A stretch of DNA of 63,379 bases, counting the filler, from Intoshia linei (lineage: Eukaryota; Animalia; Orthonectida), in NCBI GenBank assembly GCA_001642005.1. It is 5 parts of 5 records of this genome, joined end to end, with 100 filler letters (N's around TTAATTAATTAA, not from the genome) between each part and the next. Parts side by side here need not be neighbours in the genome. Positions count along the whole stretch, not along the records: positions 25,784 to 42,461 come from LWCA01000867.1; positions 42,562 to 52,255 come from LWCA01001353.1; 3 more parts are not named here. One strand, 5' to 3'. The notes below the pieces were generated by a model. It made no database searches. It worked only from the letters and a program-made list of their open reading frames with translations, and was not told the origin of the DNA. Position 1 is the first letter of the stretch, and each line of letters opens with the position of its first letter. Of this stretch, positions 39,055-52,355 are shown in pieces. The position numbers and the translations under genes were made by a program.

Positions 39055-40765
39055 TTAGTGTGTCTGTGTGTGTTACTTTTTTAAAATAACTAGCACTCTT
39101 AGAATTTTTTAAAGATTACATTTCAATTGCAGTTTTTTCCGGGCGTATAATAACAAATTTCAACATCCCAATTTCACATCTTAAGGGTCAAAAACCCCTG
39201 TTGTCCCTTTTTTTGAAAATTAAACGAGCTGGAGAATTTAAAAAAATATATACGCTGATGCGGATTTTAAAATCATAAACATTATCATAAATTTAAATTT
39301 AAAAAAATTATATCTTCAGGGCCAAAACCTTAAATTACCCATCCTTTTTTTGAAAACAGCCCTAGAATTTCAAAAAATATACAGGTGGTAGAGTTGTATC
39401 ATGTTAACACACATAAAAAATTTCAATCCGAATAGTACAGTTGTATCCTGTTAACACACATAAAAAATTTCAATCCGAATAAGTGACGACCTTCACGGTA
39501 AAAAAAGCATTTAATTTATATATTTTTTCACATTTAGGAAAATTTTCAGTAGACAATCCAATTTTTTTATAAAACAAGAAAAAAGGGCAAAAGTATAGAC
39601 ACATTTTTAACATCAGTTATTTTTATATTACTATCCTTTGCAATAATGGTAAATTTTGACTGAAATATTTATAAAGTGAAAATTCAATTAATTATTGATA
39701 CACAATTGGTATTTTTAAGTATTTATTAAATTGGTACTGAATAGATGTCATTACATTGAAAATGACAAAATAGGTTTTTATAACTTTATTTTTTCTGGAA
39801 TTTATGTTATTTATGACAATTTTTAGGATTGAACTGTTTTTACTTTATTTTTAATATTATACACACATTCTGTCTAACAAATTAAAAAAATGGAATAAAA
39901 ATTGTTTTTAAAATTCTTTACGCAAATGTTAACAAAAAAAATTAAGATGGAATAATTCACTTTAAAGTAAAAATTAATGTGATATGACGGTTCCACCTGA
40001 AACAAATTTGGAAACCACTTCTTTAAAGGATGGATAATAGTTAATAGTAGGATTTTTAAGTTAAATTTTCAACGTGAATTTATTTTTTTGGTATAATAAA
40101 AGAGTACCCTCGGCNATTGATACTAGTTAATAGTAGAATTTTTAAGTTAGATTTTCAACGTGAATTTATTTTTTTGGTATAATAAAAATTACCCTCGGCA
40201 AAGCTAGGTGCTGTTTGTATGTAGTACAAAACAGAAAAGCTAGTTTATTTATATATTTCAACATGCAAAAATTGAAATTTTTATTTTTANATTCAATTAA
40301 TTATTGATACACAATTGGTATTTTTAAGTATTTATTAAATTGGTTCTGAATATATATCATCACATTGAAAATGACAAAATAGGTTTTTATAATTTTATTT
40401 TGCTGGAATTTATGCTATTTATGACAATTTTTTAGGATTGGACTGTTTTTACTTTATTTTTAATATTATACACACATTCTGTCTAATAAATTAAAAAAAT
40501 GGGATAATAATTGTTTTTAAAATTCTTTACGCAAATGTTAACAAAAAAAATTAAGATAGAATAATTCACTTTAAAGTAAAAAGTAATGTGATATGACGGT
40601 TCTACTTGAAACAAATTTGGGAACCACTCCTTTAAAGGATTGATAATAGTTAATAGTAGGATTTTTAATTTAGATTTTCAACGTGAATTTTTTTTTGGTA
40701 TAATAAAAGATTGCCCTCGGCAAAGCTAGGTGCTGTTTGTACGTAGTACAAAACAGCCAAGCTAG
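39055..40765 (+). mobile_element. Helitron with tandemly repeated 3' region
   Basis: 5'-proximal TGTCTGTGTGTGTTAC; hairpin plus CTAG|T ends at 40243 and 40765. Single n at 40115 and 40290 indicate assembly joins. Confidence 0.8.
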
Positions 40766-41588
40766 TACTTATATAATTTAGTATCGATAATGTACATTGT
40801 ACATTATCAACATGGTTAGCCAAACCAACCAATCATAATCGACGATTAGTCAAAGTATAATCATATTCAGTAGCCTGAGTGATCCTGAGATCCTGAACCT
40901 CATGTACATTCTAAAACCTATCCACTACTGTAATAGTGGCACTTACTGTTATCACAATAAATATATATCCGCCGACCATTAGTTTGATGTGAATCTTCGA
41001 TTCCTAACTTAGTTAAGAATTCATCCTCTAGTGGTAATCACCCCACTGGCATTATCTATAAGTGTATTTTTGTATTGCATCACCAAATTATTTCAAATAT
41101 AACTTCGAGAAGATTTACATATCTATTCGACAAAGGTAAGAATATTTATGGGAATAAAATTCTATTTTTAATATTCAAATTAATAAAAATTTGAAAAAAA
41201 GTTATAATATTCTATAGAAATATATAATAATGCGATTAATTTAGTTTTTTTATAATTTCTAAAATCTAACGATTTTTTTATAATATACGTATTAAAGTTG
41301 TGATTATTTTGATGTAATTATATTATAATGAATCAAATTTTGGTGTTGTATTACATTCAAAAATTAAAAAAATGGCCTTTTAAACAACATGGTCCCTTCA
41401 TATTAGACTATATGGTACTATGCAGTACATTGTATTCTTTATAGCTGGGAAAATAAACTTATATTGATACATATACATTTTTCATTCAATATTTTGGATT
41501 GTTTTCAACCCGTTGCGGTAATAAAATTTTACAAATGTGCGAGTATTATATTTCAAATACTTAATAATTAAAAATTTTTTAATTATAC

Positions 41589-41694
41589 CACAATATCCAC
41601 ATGTTTTGGGACAGTTTATAATCATTTGAATGTCATGACAATCTTCATTACTACAGTCACTAGACACATCCTTGCATTCTACATCAAACGTATC
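41589..41694 (-). CDS. ShKT (ShK toxin-like) domain exon; an upstream signal-like exon (~41753-41892) carries an in-frame stop
   Basis: CKDVSSDCSNEDC..MIINCPKTCGYC six-cysteine pattern, bounded by AG/GT. Confidence 0.75.
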
Positions 41695-42461
41695 TAAAAA
41701 CTTAATTTAATACATAATGTAGTAAATATAGTAAATTTTCTGCACTAATCTACGAATATTTTCATAAAAGCCTTCACTAAAGTGGTCAGAAAAAATGCGT
41801 AATCTCAATTTTAGTTTATTGGGTGTTAAATGTAAAGCCAAAACTACTTATCTTATAATAATGATAAATAATAATGATGACGAATAAATCATTTCGACTT
41901 AAAATTTATTCCAAATAAACTCAAAGTGATAGTACGTATTCTTCTGGTCACTTAAACTTAATTAATGTAAGATTATCTCTATAAAAACAACTAAAAAAGC
42001 GTTCTTCTAGAATGTAGACAAAGTTTAATGTATATGTAAAATATGTATATTAAAAAAAATTCTAAAAATGAAAAAACTAATAGTCTTTGAATTTTATAAT
42101 ATCTTTGAGCACGATTAATTAAACTATTACATCTAACGTACAAATGTCATACAACATAGTGGATAAAATTTCAATAACACAAAGTTAATCCATCATTGTG
42201 AAAACAGGCAATTTAAGATTTCTGGTTTTTCGAAAATTTATTTATTTAAAATATAAAATATCTAATATTTAATGCTTCTAATATTTAAAAAAATGTTATT
42301 CTAATAAATGTTATACAGTCAGTAAGTTATACACTGATCTAAAATATATTTTATAGTGCATAAAGTAGCCAGCTTTATGCTCTGTTTTGCAATTCTTCAT
42401 TATAAAAAAAAAATATAAATCAAAATAAACATATATTAATAATATAATATTATATTTATTA

Positions 42462-42561
42462 NNNNNNNNNNNNNNNNNNNNNNNNNNNNNNNNNNNNNNN
42501 NNNNNTTAATTAATTAANNNNNNNNNNNNNNNNNNNNNNNNNNNNNNNNNNNNNNNNNNNN
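42462..42561. other. Artificial scaffold spacer
   Basis: 100 nt of N with central TTAATTAATTAA. Confidence 0.97.
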
Positions 42562-43040
42562 ATGCATACCAAATTGATATCTCGATTTAGTCTGATTTTG
42601 ACATAAAATTATTTCATATTTCATTCCAAGAAAAGTATGGAATTCATTATTATCTATACATTGAGCATCTCTGGTTCTGCTATATTTGTGTTGCATAGAG
42701 ATTATTTTGATATTTGTGGACTCAATAATAATATCAACAATATCATTAGTAAAAAGTAGCTTGAAAAAATTTAATATTGAAATATTGTTTCTGTCAAATA
42801 TAGTATTTTGTGATGGATTAAATTTAGTAAATTGTCCATTCGTGGATTCAAGTTTGCTTTCATAAATTTTCCATTTAGTGATACCATCCTTTCCAATAAA
42901 TATTCCATCATCAATATCAGACAAACATTCATCCGATTCACTCAAATGATCACTAAAGTATTTATAATCTGATTCATCTTCACTATTCGAATCAAATGTA
43001 TCGTCTTCTTCATCTTTAAAATATTATCTATAGAATTCAT
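42562..43040 (-). pseudogene. piggyBac transposase N-terminal fragment
   Basis: Acidic N-terminus, GKDG.TKW, FFKLLFTNDIVDIII.STN, EFHTFLG; truncated at the spacer. Confidence 0.8.
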
Positions 43041-43370
43041 GATTTTCAAATTAATGTGATGTAAATACAATTGTAAAATAAAATTCAATAATATACGTTT
43101 TCATAATTTTTAGCTGTGAAAAAATATATGTACTGAGCGAACTCAACTCAATGCAATAACAATTAAAATAAATAATAAAATTTAAAGTGTCACTTTTATT
43201 GCATTATCTTTTATTGTTGTTAGTATTATTGTTATCCCCTGGAATAGATCAACAATAAATTAAAATTATTTAATTATCTCGAAAAATTTTTCATCTTGTT
43301 ACACCGTGTAACACAATTTAACATAAAATAATTATTTTATTGTAAATTTATAGTAACATTATACGTTTAG

Positions 43371-46300
43371 TTGGCTGCAATAAACGTTCTTGTATATTCG
43401 ATTTTTCTTTTGATTAAATATAATTCCGATAAACTGAACGGATCTTTCTTTCGTAATTTAGGCAGTGGACAATCAGCATACGCATCAAGAGCCGAAGGAA
43501 TTTTTTTGTTGGGTGCTTCTGCAATAGGCTGTGTTCTAATTGTTATAACTATCATTAGCTATGTTACCAGTTTCAAAGTATTTAAATACATTGTAATTTT
43601 TATCTCTTATCATTGAATTTACATATCAATGTAATTTAATTGTAAATAATGTAAGGTTATTTCATAGTACAGTGCACTGCATTGTTTAATCACTAAATTT
43701 ATCGTTTTTGACGACAAGTAGCCATTTTTGGAAAGGTTTTCAATTAATGATATTCTATAATTTATATTATTAGAAAATAACTTGAAATTACATTAAAAAT
43801 TCGAAATATTTGTAAATTAATTGAGTATTTTGCTTTACTTTGCGTAGATAACAAAGATTCTTAATCTTTTTGGAACTACCACCTTAGAACTATCGCTAGA
43901 TTAAAAAAAATTAATGTTTGCAAGATTATATCCCTCCCAAAAATATTATTACGGACTCTTTAAAAATTAAATATATGTACATTTTTTATATATATAAAAT
44001 TTTTTTTAATCTACTTTCGAACTTTATAATGATGATTATTATGATATAGTACAAGTCCTATTTAACACAAATTTTAGCTTGTTAATCTTAACATATATCT
44101 TTTATAATAATGTTATTATAAAACTAAAAATATTGTTCAATATTTTTATTTGATTTTGCAAACATAATTGAGCATATCGGATGATACATCTAGTCAAAAT
44201 CCATAATTATGCATAAATTCATTATATAAAATTAGATGATTGTGATAAACATTGTGGCTATGGCAATATTAATAGGATTGATAGTTATTGCTTCTGTGAA
44301 ACCTGTAATTTACTTAAAAAAATATATTATGATAATGTATGCATATCTCATTGAATTATATTGCTGAACTTTTTACACTATATTTATACATTGAATAGGA
44401 TTTGTTCAAAGAAATGATGAGAAGTCTATATGTAATAAACGATGAAGTAAAGAAACAGGTATGAATATATTGATATATTAATATTTATACATACTATATA
44501 TAATATAGTATATATAGTATTTATAAGTTCAATATATTATATACATATAATATGTCACATATGTATATAATATGTTTAATATTATACATGTTTTATTAAC
44601 TAATATTTATGTTTTATATTATAAATATTTTAGTTTAGTTTTTTTATATTTACATATATTGTATAATCATTTGTAATCTAGCTTAATTGTGCTATAGAAG
44701 CCTTATGTTTGCAAAAAATACTTGAACTAATGACGAATAATGTCAGATTTATAGTCTGTTATTCTGTTGCAACATCATCCATGGTTTTTTTATTTTAATT
44801 TATATACATTAGGGTGTGCACTGTTTTAAAGAGCAAAATGTATATTTGCATGTAGGTGTGTTTTTTTGTGCTGATTACGAATATCCAAAGATTAATACGT
44901 TTAACTGACATTTTCTCCACCTATTTTTTAAAACTCATATGATATTTATTATTTTAGAAATTTGAACTTTAGTTTATTAATTATTATTTTTTATATCATT
45001 ATTATTACTATTTTTAGTAGGTTAACGATGTTAGAAAACGAATGACTGACCATCAAATTTTTTATTTAATCAGTCGTAAAGTAGAAGAAATTGAAAGTGT
45101 TTAAACTCAAAAATTGAAAATTTTGTATTCATCATGTCATTTTATATGTCACTGATATAATGTCAGTATTTTAATTTTTAGTTATTTATATCAGTAAATG
45201 TATATAGCAAAAATCATTCAAAATTAGAATAATCCCAAAAAATAAATTCCATTAGATTTTATAATCCGTCCATATGATACCATAAACTAAAGTGGCCAGA
45301 TATACGTATTTTTGCAAAAGTACGTTTTTTTTAAGTTAAAAATACGTACAATTAGTATACGGAATGACAGAAATACGTACAGTATACCTATGTATATCTG
45401 ACCACTTTAACTAAATACGTACTCGATAATTCTAATGTAAACGTAAAAATTTTTACTGTATAAATTCGTATAGAAAAATGTTTATTTACGTTTTATTATT
45501 TATTTAGTATTAGTATTAGTAATATTATCATTACTAATGATAAATGTTAACGTAATATAAAATTATAGATTCAATTTAGACTGAGATTTTAAATTTCATT
45601 TCATTTTGGTTTATAAGTAACTAATACGTATTTAGTACGTTAAAAACCTGGCCATTTTACATAAACGGGTAGCGTAGATGACACAAAAGAATATTCCATC
45701 AGAAAAATTTAAGTTTATCTAAATAACTCGATTTTACCAAATTTTACAAAAATTTAAACGGGACGATTACAAGGAATGTTGCTATTTATTGAATGCTGTG
45801 TTAAAGGGTAGTACAGTTAGACTATTGAAAACTGGTGCAATATCCAAGGCTCGATGGATGTCGAGAATAATATACGCTCTTAAAGCGTATATTTTAAATA
45901 TTGACAGAACTGAAACAATGCAGTCCTTTTTGTTATTTTTGTCGCATATGGCTATATAAAATTTTGTATGGATGCAGCTACCCCCAAAAATGCTTATCAG
46001 AATGACATGGAAATGCAAGAATGTTGGCAGGAATTAAGCCGTAAATCCATATGGCTTAAATCATTATGTGAAAGTGAATTTAATAAACATGGCAATTATG
46101 ATTATTATATGGGTTTGGATATTTCAAAAATTGGAATTGCACCAGTGGTCAATGATCCGGCAGAACGAGCACTTTCAAAATTTAAAAAATGTTTTAATTT
46201 AACAAAGATTGAGAATCAAATTCAAATATTGGTATCAACGATGAACGTAAATTTAACTAAATTTTAAAATCTGATGTTTTTTATGATGGGTAAATAATTA

Positions 46301-48731
46301 TTGATATACATGTAAATATATTAATTATATTATTTTATTATTTTTTATCGATTACCTATTGCCTGTGATGCATTCATATTCATTTTTTTGATAATAATTA
46401 ATAACATAATATTAATAGATAACATTATAAACCAGAACCATTATTATACAATTATTTGTCATTTTTTTTTCAAATAAAGTTCAGTTTTAAATTTTACTTA
46501 ATATTTTTATGTTATATTTAAAATGACCAACCCCACTAGAATAAGCATTTTTAGAATATAATATTCCAGATTATTAATTTTTGCACCAAAATATACAGGA
46601 TGTGCGCCGTTCGTTCTAAAAATTCTCAAATTTTTGAAAAAATGTGACACCCTAATGGTTATACCTAATTGTTTTAAATCATACATTTTTATCAAAAACC
46701 CGTTTTTGGATCACTTTACTAAAATTTCTTGCCGATTTAGTTTAATCGTATTATTTTTAATTTAACTTAATTATTAATGTTTTAAAATTTAAAGCATTAT
46801 CTAATATGTATCAATAAATGTATTTTTTCATACAAAAAAATATGATTTAAGTGACCCACGAAAAATTTAATATGCAATTGCAAGTCCATGTTAATAAAAG
46901 TTTAATAGCTCCTGATTTATCTTAAATATATTCTTTATTTATTTGCGGTACATAGTTTAAAAGCGCTGATTTTTCACATACGTAATTTAAAATTTAAAAA
47001 GTATATGTTTAATATTTTAATGTTAATATGTATGCTTAATTTTTATTGAGGTAATCAAGATTAATATACGAAACGTGAGGATCGTAAATAGGATCATTGT
47101 AGTAATCTCCCAAATAATCAACGTAGTGCTCACCTGGATAATGTTTTATAAAGTGTTCTTCATTATAGTAGTTTTTAGGATCATGATATATGTAGTTATA
47201 ATCTGATTCGTAATAGTTTTTTTCGTGGTATACAGGGGTGTGGATAAATTTGTGCATTTCATGTAAATCGTCTCGTTTATGTTGTACATAATTATGTTTT
47301 GTATAAATCTCAGGGTGATTATGGGTTATAAAATGGTTTTGGTACAAATTATTGTCGAAATTATGATGATTCAAATGATGATGATGAAGTATGTCGTTGT
47401 GCATTTTATGATATTGGTTAAAATCTATATCATTGAAAATGCTATGTACGTGATTATGTATGTTATCATGATGGTGGACTTTGTGATTGTTTCTAGTAGT
47501 ATCATAATATTTATGAGTATCTTGGAAAGTTTTTGATTTTGAAGAATCGTCAAAATTATCAAAAAACTGTTTTTCAGTAGCCGACGAGGATTTACTTTTT
47601 GTATATTCAACTGGATAATTAATTCCTGCAATGTTTCCAAGATGTTTTGGTTCATGATCATGTTTATTTATGTCATAAATATGGCTTTCAACGTTGACAC
47701 CTAAGTGGTTATGATTATGTCCGTGATGTCCATTAAGGTGATCTTCACGGTGTGCATACTTGTCATGATATCCTTGGTTTTCATAATTATCATAGTTATG
47801 ATAATGTCGATAATGGTCAATATTATCTTGATATCCGCGATGGTCATGCATATCAAAATGTTTACGGTACCCATTATTATTATAATTGTGATCATGTATA
47901 TGTAACTGGCCATCATGACCATTATTATGATGTCCGTAGTGTCCATGGTGCTCATGATTATCGTGATTTCCATAATTATGATGTCCGTGATGGTCATGAT
48001 TATCATGATGATGAGAACCGTGATAATTATGTATGTCGACTTGACCATGATCTCCATAATTATCATGGCCGTGATGATGTCCATGGTGGTCATGATTTGC
48101 ATTATGATGAGAACCGTGATAATTATGCATATCCACGTGACCATGATCTCCGTGATCATCATGACCATGATGGTGCCCGTGGTGGTTATCATTTTCATTA
48201 TGATGAGAACCGTGATAATTATGCACATCCACGTGACCATGATCTCCGTAATTATCATGGCCATAATGGTGCCGGTGGTGGTTATCATTTTCATTATGAT
48301 GAGAACCGTGATAATTATGCATATCCACGTGACNAATAAAGTTCATTTTTAAATTTTACTTAATATTTTTATGTTATATTTAAAATGACCAACCCCACTC
48401 GAATAAGCATTTTTGGAATATAATATTCCAAATTATTAATTTTTGCACCAAAATACACAGGATGCGCGCCGTTCGTCTTAAAAATTTTCAAAATTTTGAA
48501 AAAATGTGACACCCTAATATACATTTATTTTATTATGTAATTTAAAACTTCACAGCACGATATTTTATCATAAATTTATGTACACATGTTTTATAAGACT
48601 GAGGTTTTTTGAAAAACTATTATTACATTTTGGTTAATCATACATCAATATTATAATACTTCTTTATAATAATTTTAATATCTATTTAGGCTTTTGCAGC
48701 GGCTGCAATAGTTACACAATTGGCTGGATAA
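43371..48731 (+). CDS. Multi-exon membrane protein, possibly a divergent tetraspanin-like 4-TM protein (exon structure tentative)
   Basis: AG/GT-bounded hydrophobic exons at 43371-43592, 44236-44304, ~44399-44458, 44681-44783 (Cys-containing) and 48690-48731; no CCG motif seen. Confidence 0.4.
45288..45659. mobile_element. Nested hAT (Blackjack-like) MITE
   Basis: TAAAGTGGCCAG / CTGGCCATTTTA termini, CATAAAC on both flanks, TACGTA subterminal repeats. Confidence 0.6.
47036..48333 (-). CDS. Histidine-rich tandem-repeat protein, 5' truncated at an assembly n
   Basis: >430-codon ORF with ~32-aa repeats HGHVD(M/V/I)HNYHGSHH..., a Ser/Thr/Lys linker and a His/Tyr/Asp-rich C-terminus. Confidence 0.75.
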
Positions 48732-49006
48732 TTTATGCATTCTTAAATTATAGTTTATTAAATTTTAAATGTTTATTGTGTTATTTTTTATGATAACTGG
48801 AATCTGCCTGTATCGAAATTTACCGCCCGTCATTAAACTGACTACAATATTAGCTAAAATTAAACTTATACAGGCCAGTATAATGGTGTTATTTGGTCTA
48901 ACACTATAGTCCGATCTGTAAACGTGCCATATGCAATATAAAAATAACATAAACCTGCCCTATTCAATTAATTCGATGGTTAAATATGATACACATGTAT
49001 ATCAGA

Positions 49007-49509
49007 CAGTGGCGACTCTGGCTAATCGAGATCAATGGGGCTAAAATTTCTATGACAACCACAATTTTTTTTTTCAAATTATATTTAAAAATAATAAATA
49101 TCAAAAAAAAATTTAAAAATAATAAGTAATTATAAACTAAATCTAAACATTATAAATAGAAAATGAAGATTTAAAAATTTTGTAACGATATTTAAAATTG
49201 ATATAAATAATTTATCATAAAATTTTAGATGTAACCGCTATATAAATTTAATCAATAGATTTATTACTAGTCAAATGAAAATCTGCCCGAGTTATGTGTA
49301 TTTAAATTAATTTAAACATTTATGCAAATATCTCGCTTACAAGTGATTTTCAAGTGAATTATTTTTTCATAATTTTAGATAAATATATAATTGTGTTCAT
49401 ATTTACAAATTAGAAATAAATTAAAAATTATTAAGAAATTTAACACTCAAAAATAATAAATATTAACTCGGGCTTTGCCCGATTAGCCCGAGTTGGAGAG
49501 TCGCCACTG
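49007..49509. mobile_element. hAT MITE
   Basis: TIR CAGTGGCGACTCT / AGAGTCGCCACTG and perfect TSD ATATCAGA; a partial inverted copy ends at 61280. Confidence 0.9.
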
Positions 49510-49787
49510 ATATCAGATAAGGAGTGTTCCACAATAAAAGATGGACTCTGAAAATGACATTTCGATATAACATGACAAAAAAATTCTAAATAATTGAATT
49601 TCAATCCATATACCTTAAAAATGGTGCACCATAGGTTTTAGTATTTGATGATGATAAACAGGTTGTGTAAATCGTAACTAAATTAATAAATTAAGCAATG
49701 TTTACTCACTGAATGGTAATTACGCAACCATATAAATCTATTAAAACAGATGCATGGTTTATATAATCCAGACATCTGTTAAAAAAT

Positions 49788-51970
49788 ATGAAGGATACTT
49801 TAAATTGTGATAATATCGAAAAAAATTTGTTAAAAAGCAGCAGTGAAAATGAAGATGATTCTAATGCAAATGAGACAAGAAATTATAGGTATGGCTTTGG
49901 GAAATGGAGGCCACAGTTTCTACAAGTGTTAAACAATAACATGTTTCTTTTAATCAATCTTTGCATTATGGGAACATTGCAGGGTATATTTTAATTTTAA
50001 ATCTAAAATGAATCTAATCGATCTAATATATGACCAATGCGACTATTTATGTTTATTTTAAATTGACATGCTATTAGTATTCATATTTGTATAGATAAAA
50101 TCTTGTTATGCTCAATTTAAATACAGTATACGCTCGAAAAGTGACTACTTTTTTAAATTTTATAGCAAAACTATACTAATGTGAATTTATTTTACTTATA
50201 ATAGTGATCAATAAATATCAAATAAAAACATTCGTACCCGAAAAAATCAGATTTTATTTTTCTGTCATTTAACTGTTTTGGGTCTCAAATGTAAACTGTA
50301 AAGTCCAAATCTTTGGAGAGATTGCCAGGCCTATTTTTGATTTACAAAAAGTTTCGAAGTATAGTAAGTTTGGCTAATATCAAGTAATTGTTTAATTACG
50401 AGCGTAAATATAGTAATAATGTAATTTTAACTTTACTGAAAAAAGTAATCACCTCCATAAAAGTGACCAGTTTTTCAAAAAAGTAGTCACTTTTTGAGAG
50501 TTTATTGTTTTCAATTTCAATTATTAAATTATTAACGAATTATTCGAATTCAAAGCCTTATGTATAGGGCAGTTTTTTATATGACAATCAGCACGAAATT
50601 ACAAGAACTATGATATCAATATTGTGTTTATTAATTAGCTAATTGACAATTTATAAAGTCAATAAATCCCATAAAGTAAGTTTTTTTTTAAATGGCATAA
50701 GGTCAATTATTTTTAAAAAGGTAATTTTTTAAGTTGAAATTGATTTACCATTAATCACAAAAAAATATTTATTATTATAACCCAAATTTTTATCTCTCAT
50801 ACATTGACAAAACTTTTATATTTAAAAATGCCTAAACCGACACATTTATATATATTAAATTTTAATAATTAAAATGAATAACATTAAAAAACTATATCCT
50901 GATTAATTCAAAATTGATGGAATTAATTTATTGTGTATAAAATGTAATTGCTCTGTCTCTTATGATACATTTTACTTTGTAAAGAGTCATAGAACCACAA
51001 AGAAAGAAAATTTGATGGAAGATGTTTCATCATTGCCAAAATATTTAAAACTGACCACTAATTTTACTGATGAGATCCTGGAGGTATTTCTATCAGCCGA
51101 TATTTTTTTACATAAGCTGAACAATGTAAAGTTAAATGAATTGTTCAATAACATTGGTTATTACCAGTTGGTACTAACCATAGATATAAACCAAAATTTT
51201 AAGTTCACATAAAGTTAGTAAATTTAATTTTTAGGTCAGTTTTTTTATTATTATATAGGTCAATAAAAAATTGCCCAAACTATGTATTATATGATACAAG
51301 GGAGATTTAGGGGTAAATGAAACTTAGTCTAAAAAATGAATTAAAAATTACAATTTATAATTAATAATTTAATATATTATATATGTATATTATCATAAAA
51401 GTAATAATGCTTGATAGGAATGGTGATAAATGGATTAGTGAGTATATCGATATCCACATTGGAGAAGAAATATGGTTTTAATAGTACAATGACTGGAATA
51501 ATGGTGGCTATTTATGACGTCACAATAGTTATAATTATAATACCAGTATCATTCTATTTATCAAAATTACACAAAATTAAAATATTAGGTAAAATTTTAA
51601 AAATAAGTGTTTCCGATCAATTTTAAGCAATTATAAATTAATACATTAATTGAAATAATATGCACAGTGTTCATCATGATTCATAAATTAAAAACTGAAA
51701 GATATGCCATTACGGAACACTTTGTTTACTTTTATATAAATCACATCGTGTCTATCATGATCAGATTTTTGTGAAACACTTTATAAATACATTAATTTAA
51801 TTTTAATTAAAACATTGTTAATGCATTTAAAATTAATATTTTAGCAATAAGTATGATAGTGATGGGAATGGGTTCAATTATATTCACGCTACCTCAAATT
51901 ATATGGTCTGAAAACGTCAATTCGATAGAAATTTCCAAAAAACTGTTTTGTAGCAATGTTACACGTTCAG
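49788..51970 (+). CDS. Organic anion transporting polypeptide (SLCO/OATP), 5' exons 49788-49983, 51418-51588, 51845-51970; rest not in this contig
   Basis: YGFGKWRPQFLQ; QGMVINGLVSISISTLEKKYGFNSTMTG....YD; VSFY..HK; MGMGSIIFTLPQ. Confidence 0.9.
50124..50508. mobile_element. pogo-like MITE in OATP intron
   Basis: CAGTATACGCTCGAAAAGTGACTACTTTTTT with its inverted counterpart near 50480-50508. Confidence 0.65.
50828..51180 (+). pseudogene. CGGBP1-like hAT transposase remnant (divergent)
   Basis: CIKCNCSV..H; FLSADI.LHKLNN motif, shared with the 24720 and 60218 family. Confidence 0.6.
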
Positions 51971-52255
51971 GTATTATACATTGTACTGAAACGTATAATA
52001 TGTCTGATAAATTGGGGTGACCATATTTATTCGAAAAAAATTATTGCTGTGATTACTTCACAAAACTATTAGGTCGTTTGATAAGTAATGTCGTTTTTAT
52101 TGTAACTTTATTATAAATCATCATATCTTAACGAATATTTATTGTAAGATCGTTATTTTTTTATTTTTACGAAATATGGACAAATGTGTATTCGATGAAA
52201 CAGTAATTTCCGATGACAAACATATTTTTAATTAGTATTTAGAGAAACAAGTTGG

Positions 52256-52355
52256 NNNNNNNNNNNNNNNNNNNNNNNNNNNNNNNNNNNNNNNNNNNNT
52301 TAATTAATTAANNNNNNNNNNNNNNNNNNNNNNNNNNNNNNNNNNNNNNNNNNNN
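52256..52355. other. Artificial scaffold spacer
   Basis: 100 nt of N with central TTAATTAATTAA. Confidence 0.97.

Larger units (their letters stand above)
44810..48516 (+). mobile_element. hATm-type element with two right ends (46654, 48516) enclosing a His-rich ORF
   Basis: TAGGGTGT termini; perfect 8-bp TSD ATATACAT at 44802-44809 and 48517-48524. Transposase remnants GAISKARWMSRIIYALK and VVNDPAERALS. Confidence 0.8.

Noticed and set aside
47900-48333. CRISPR-like regular repeats
   Set aside because: Whole 96-nt units repeat with no unique spacers; eukaryotic coding repeat and no cas genes.
47279-48352. Met/Ile-rich ORFs over the His-rich gene
   Set aside because: Frame-shift shadows of CAT/GAT/AAT codon periodicity.
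48765-48950. 61-aa hydrophobic ORF
   Set aside because: No recognisable family or linked exons; cannot be supported.
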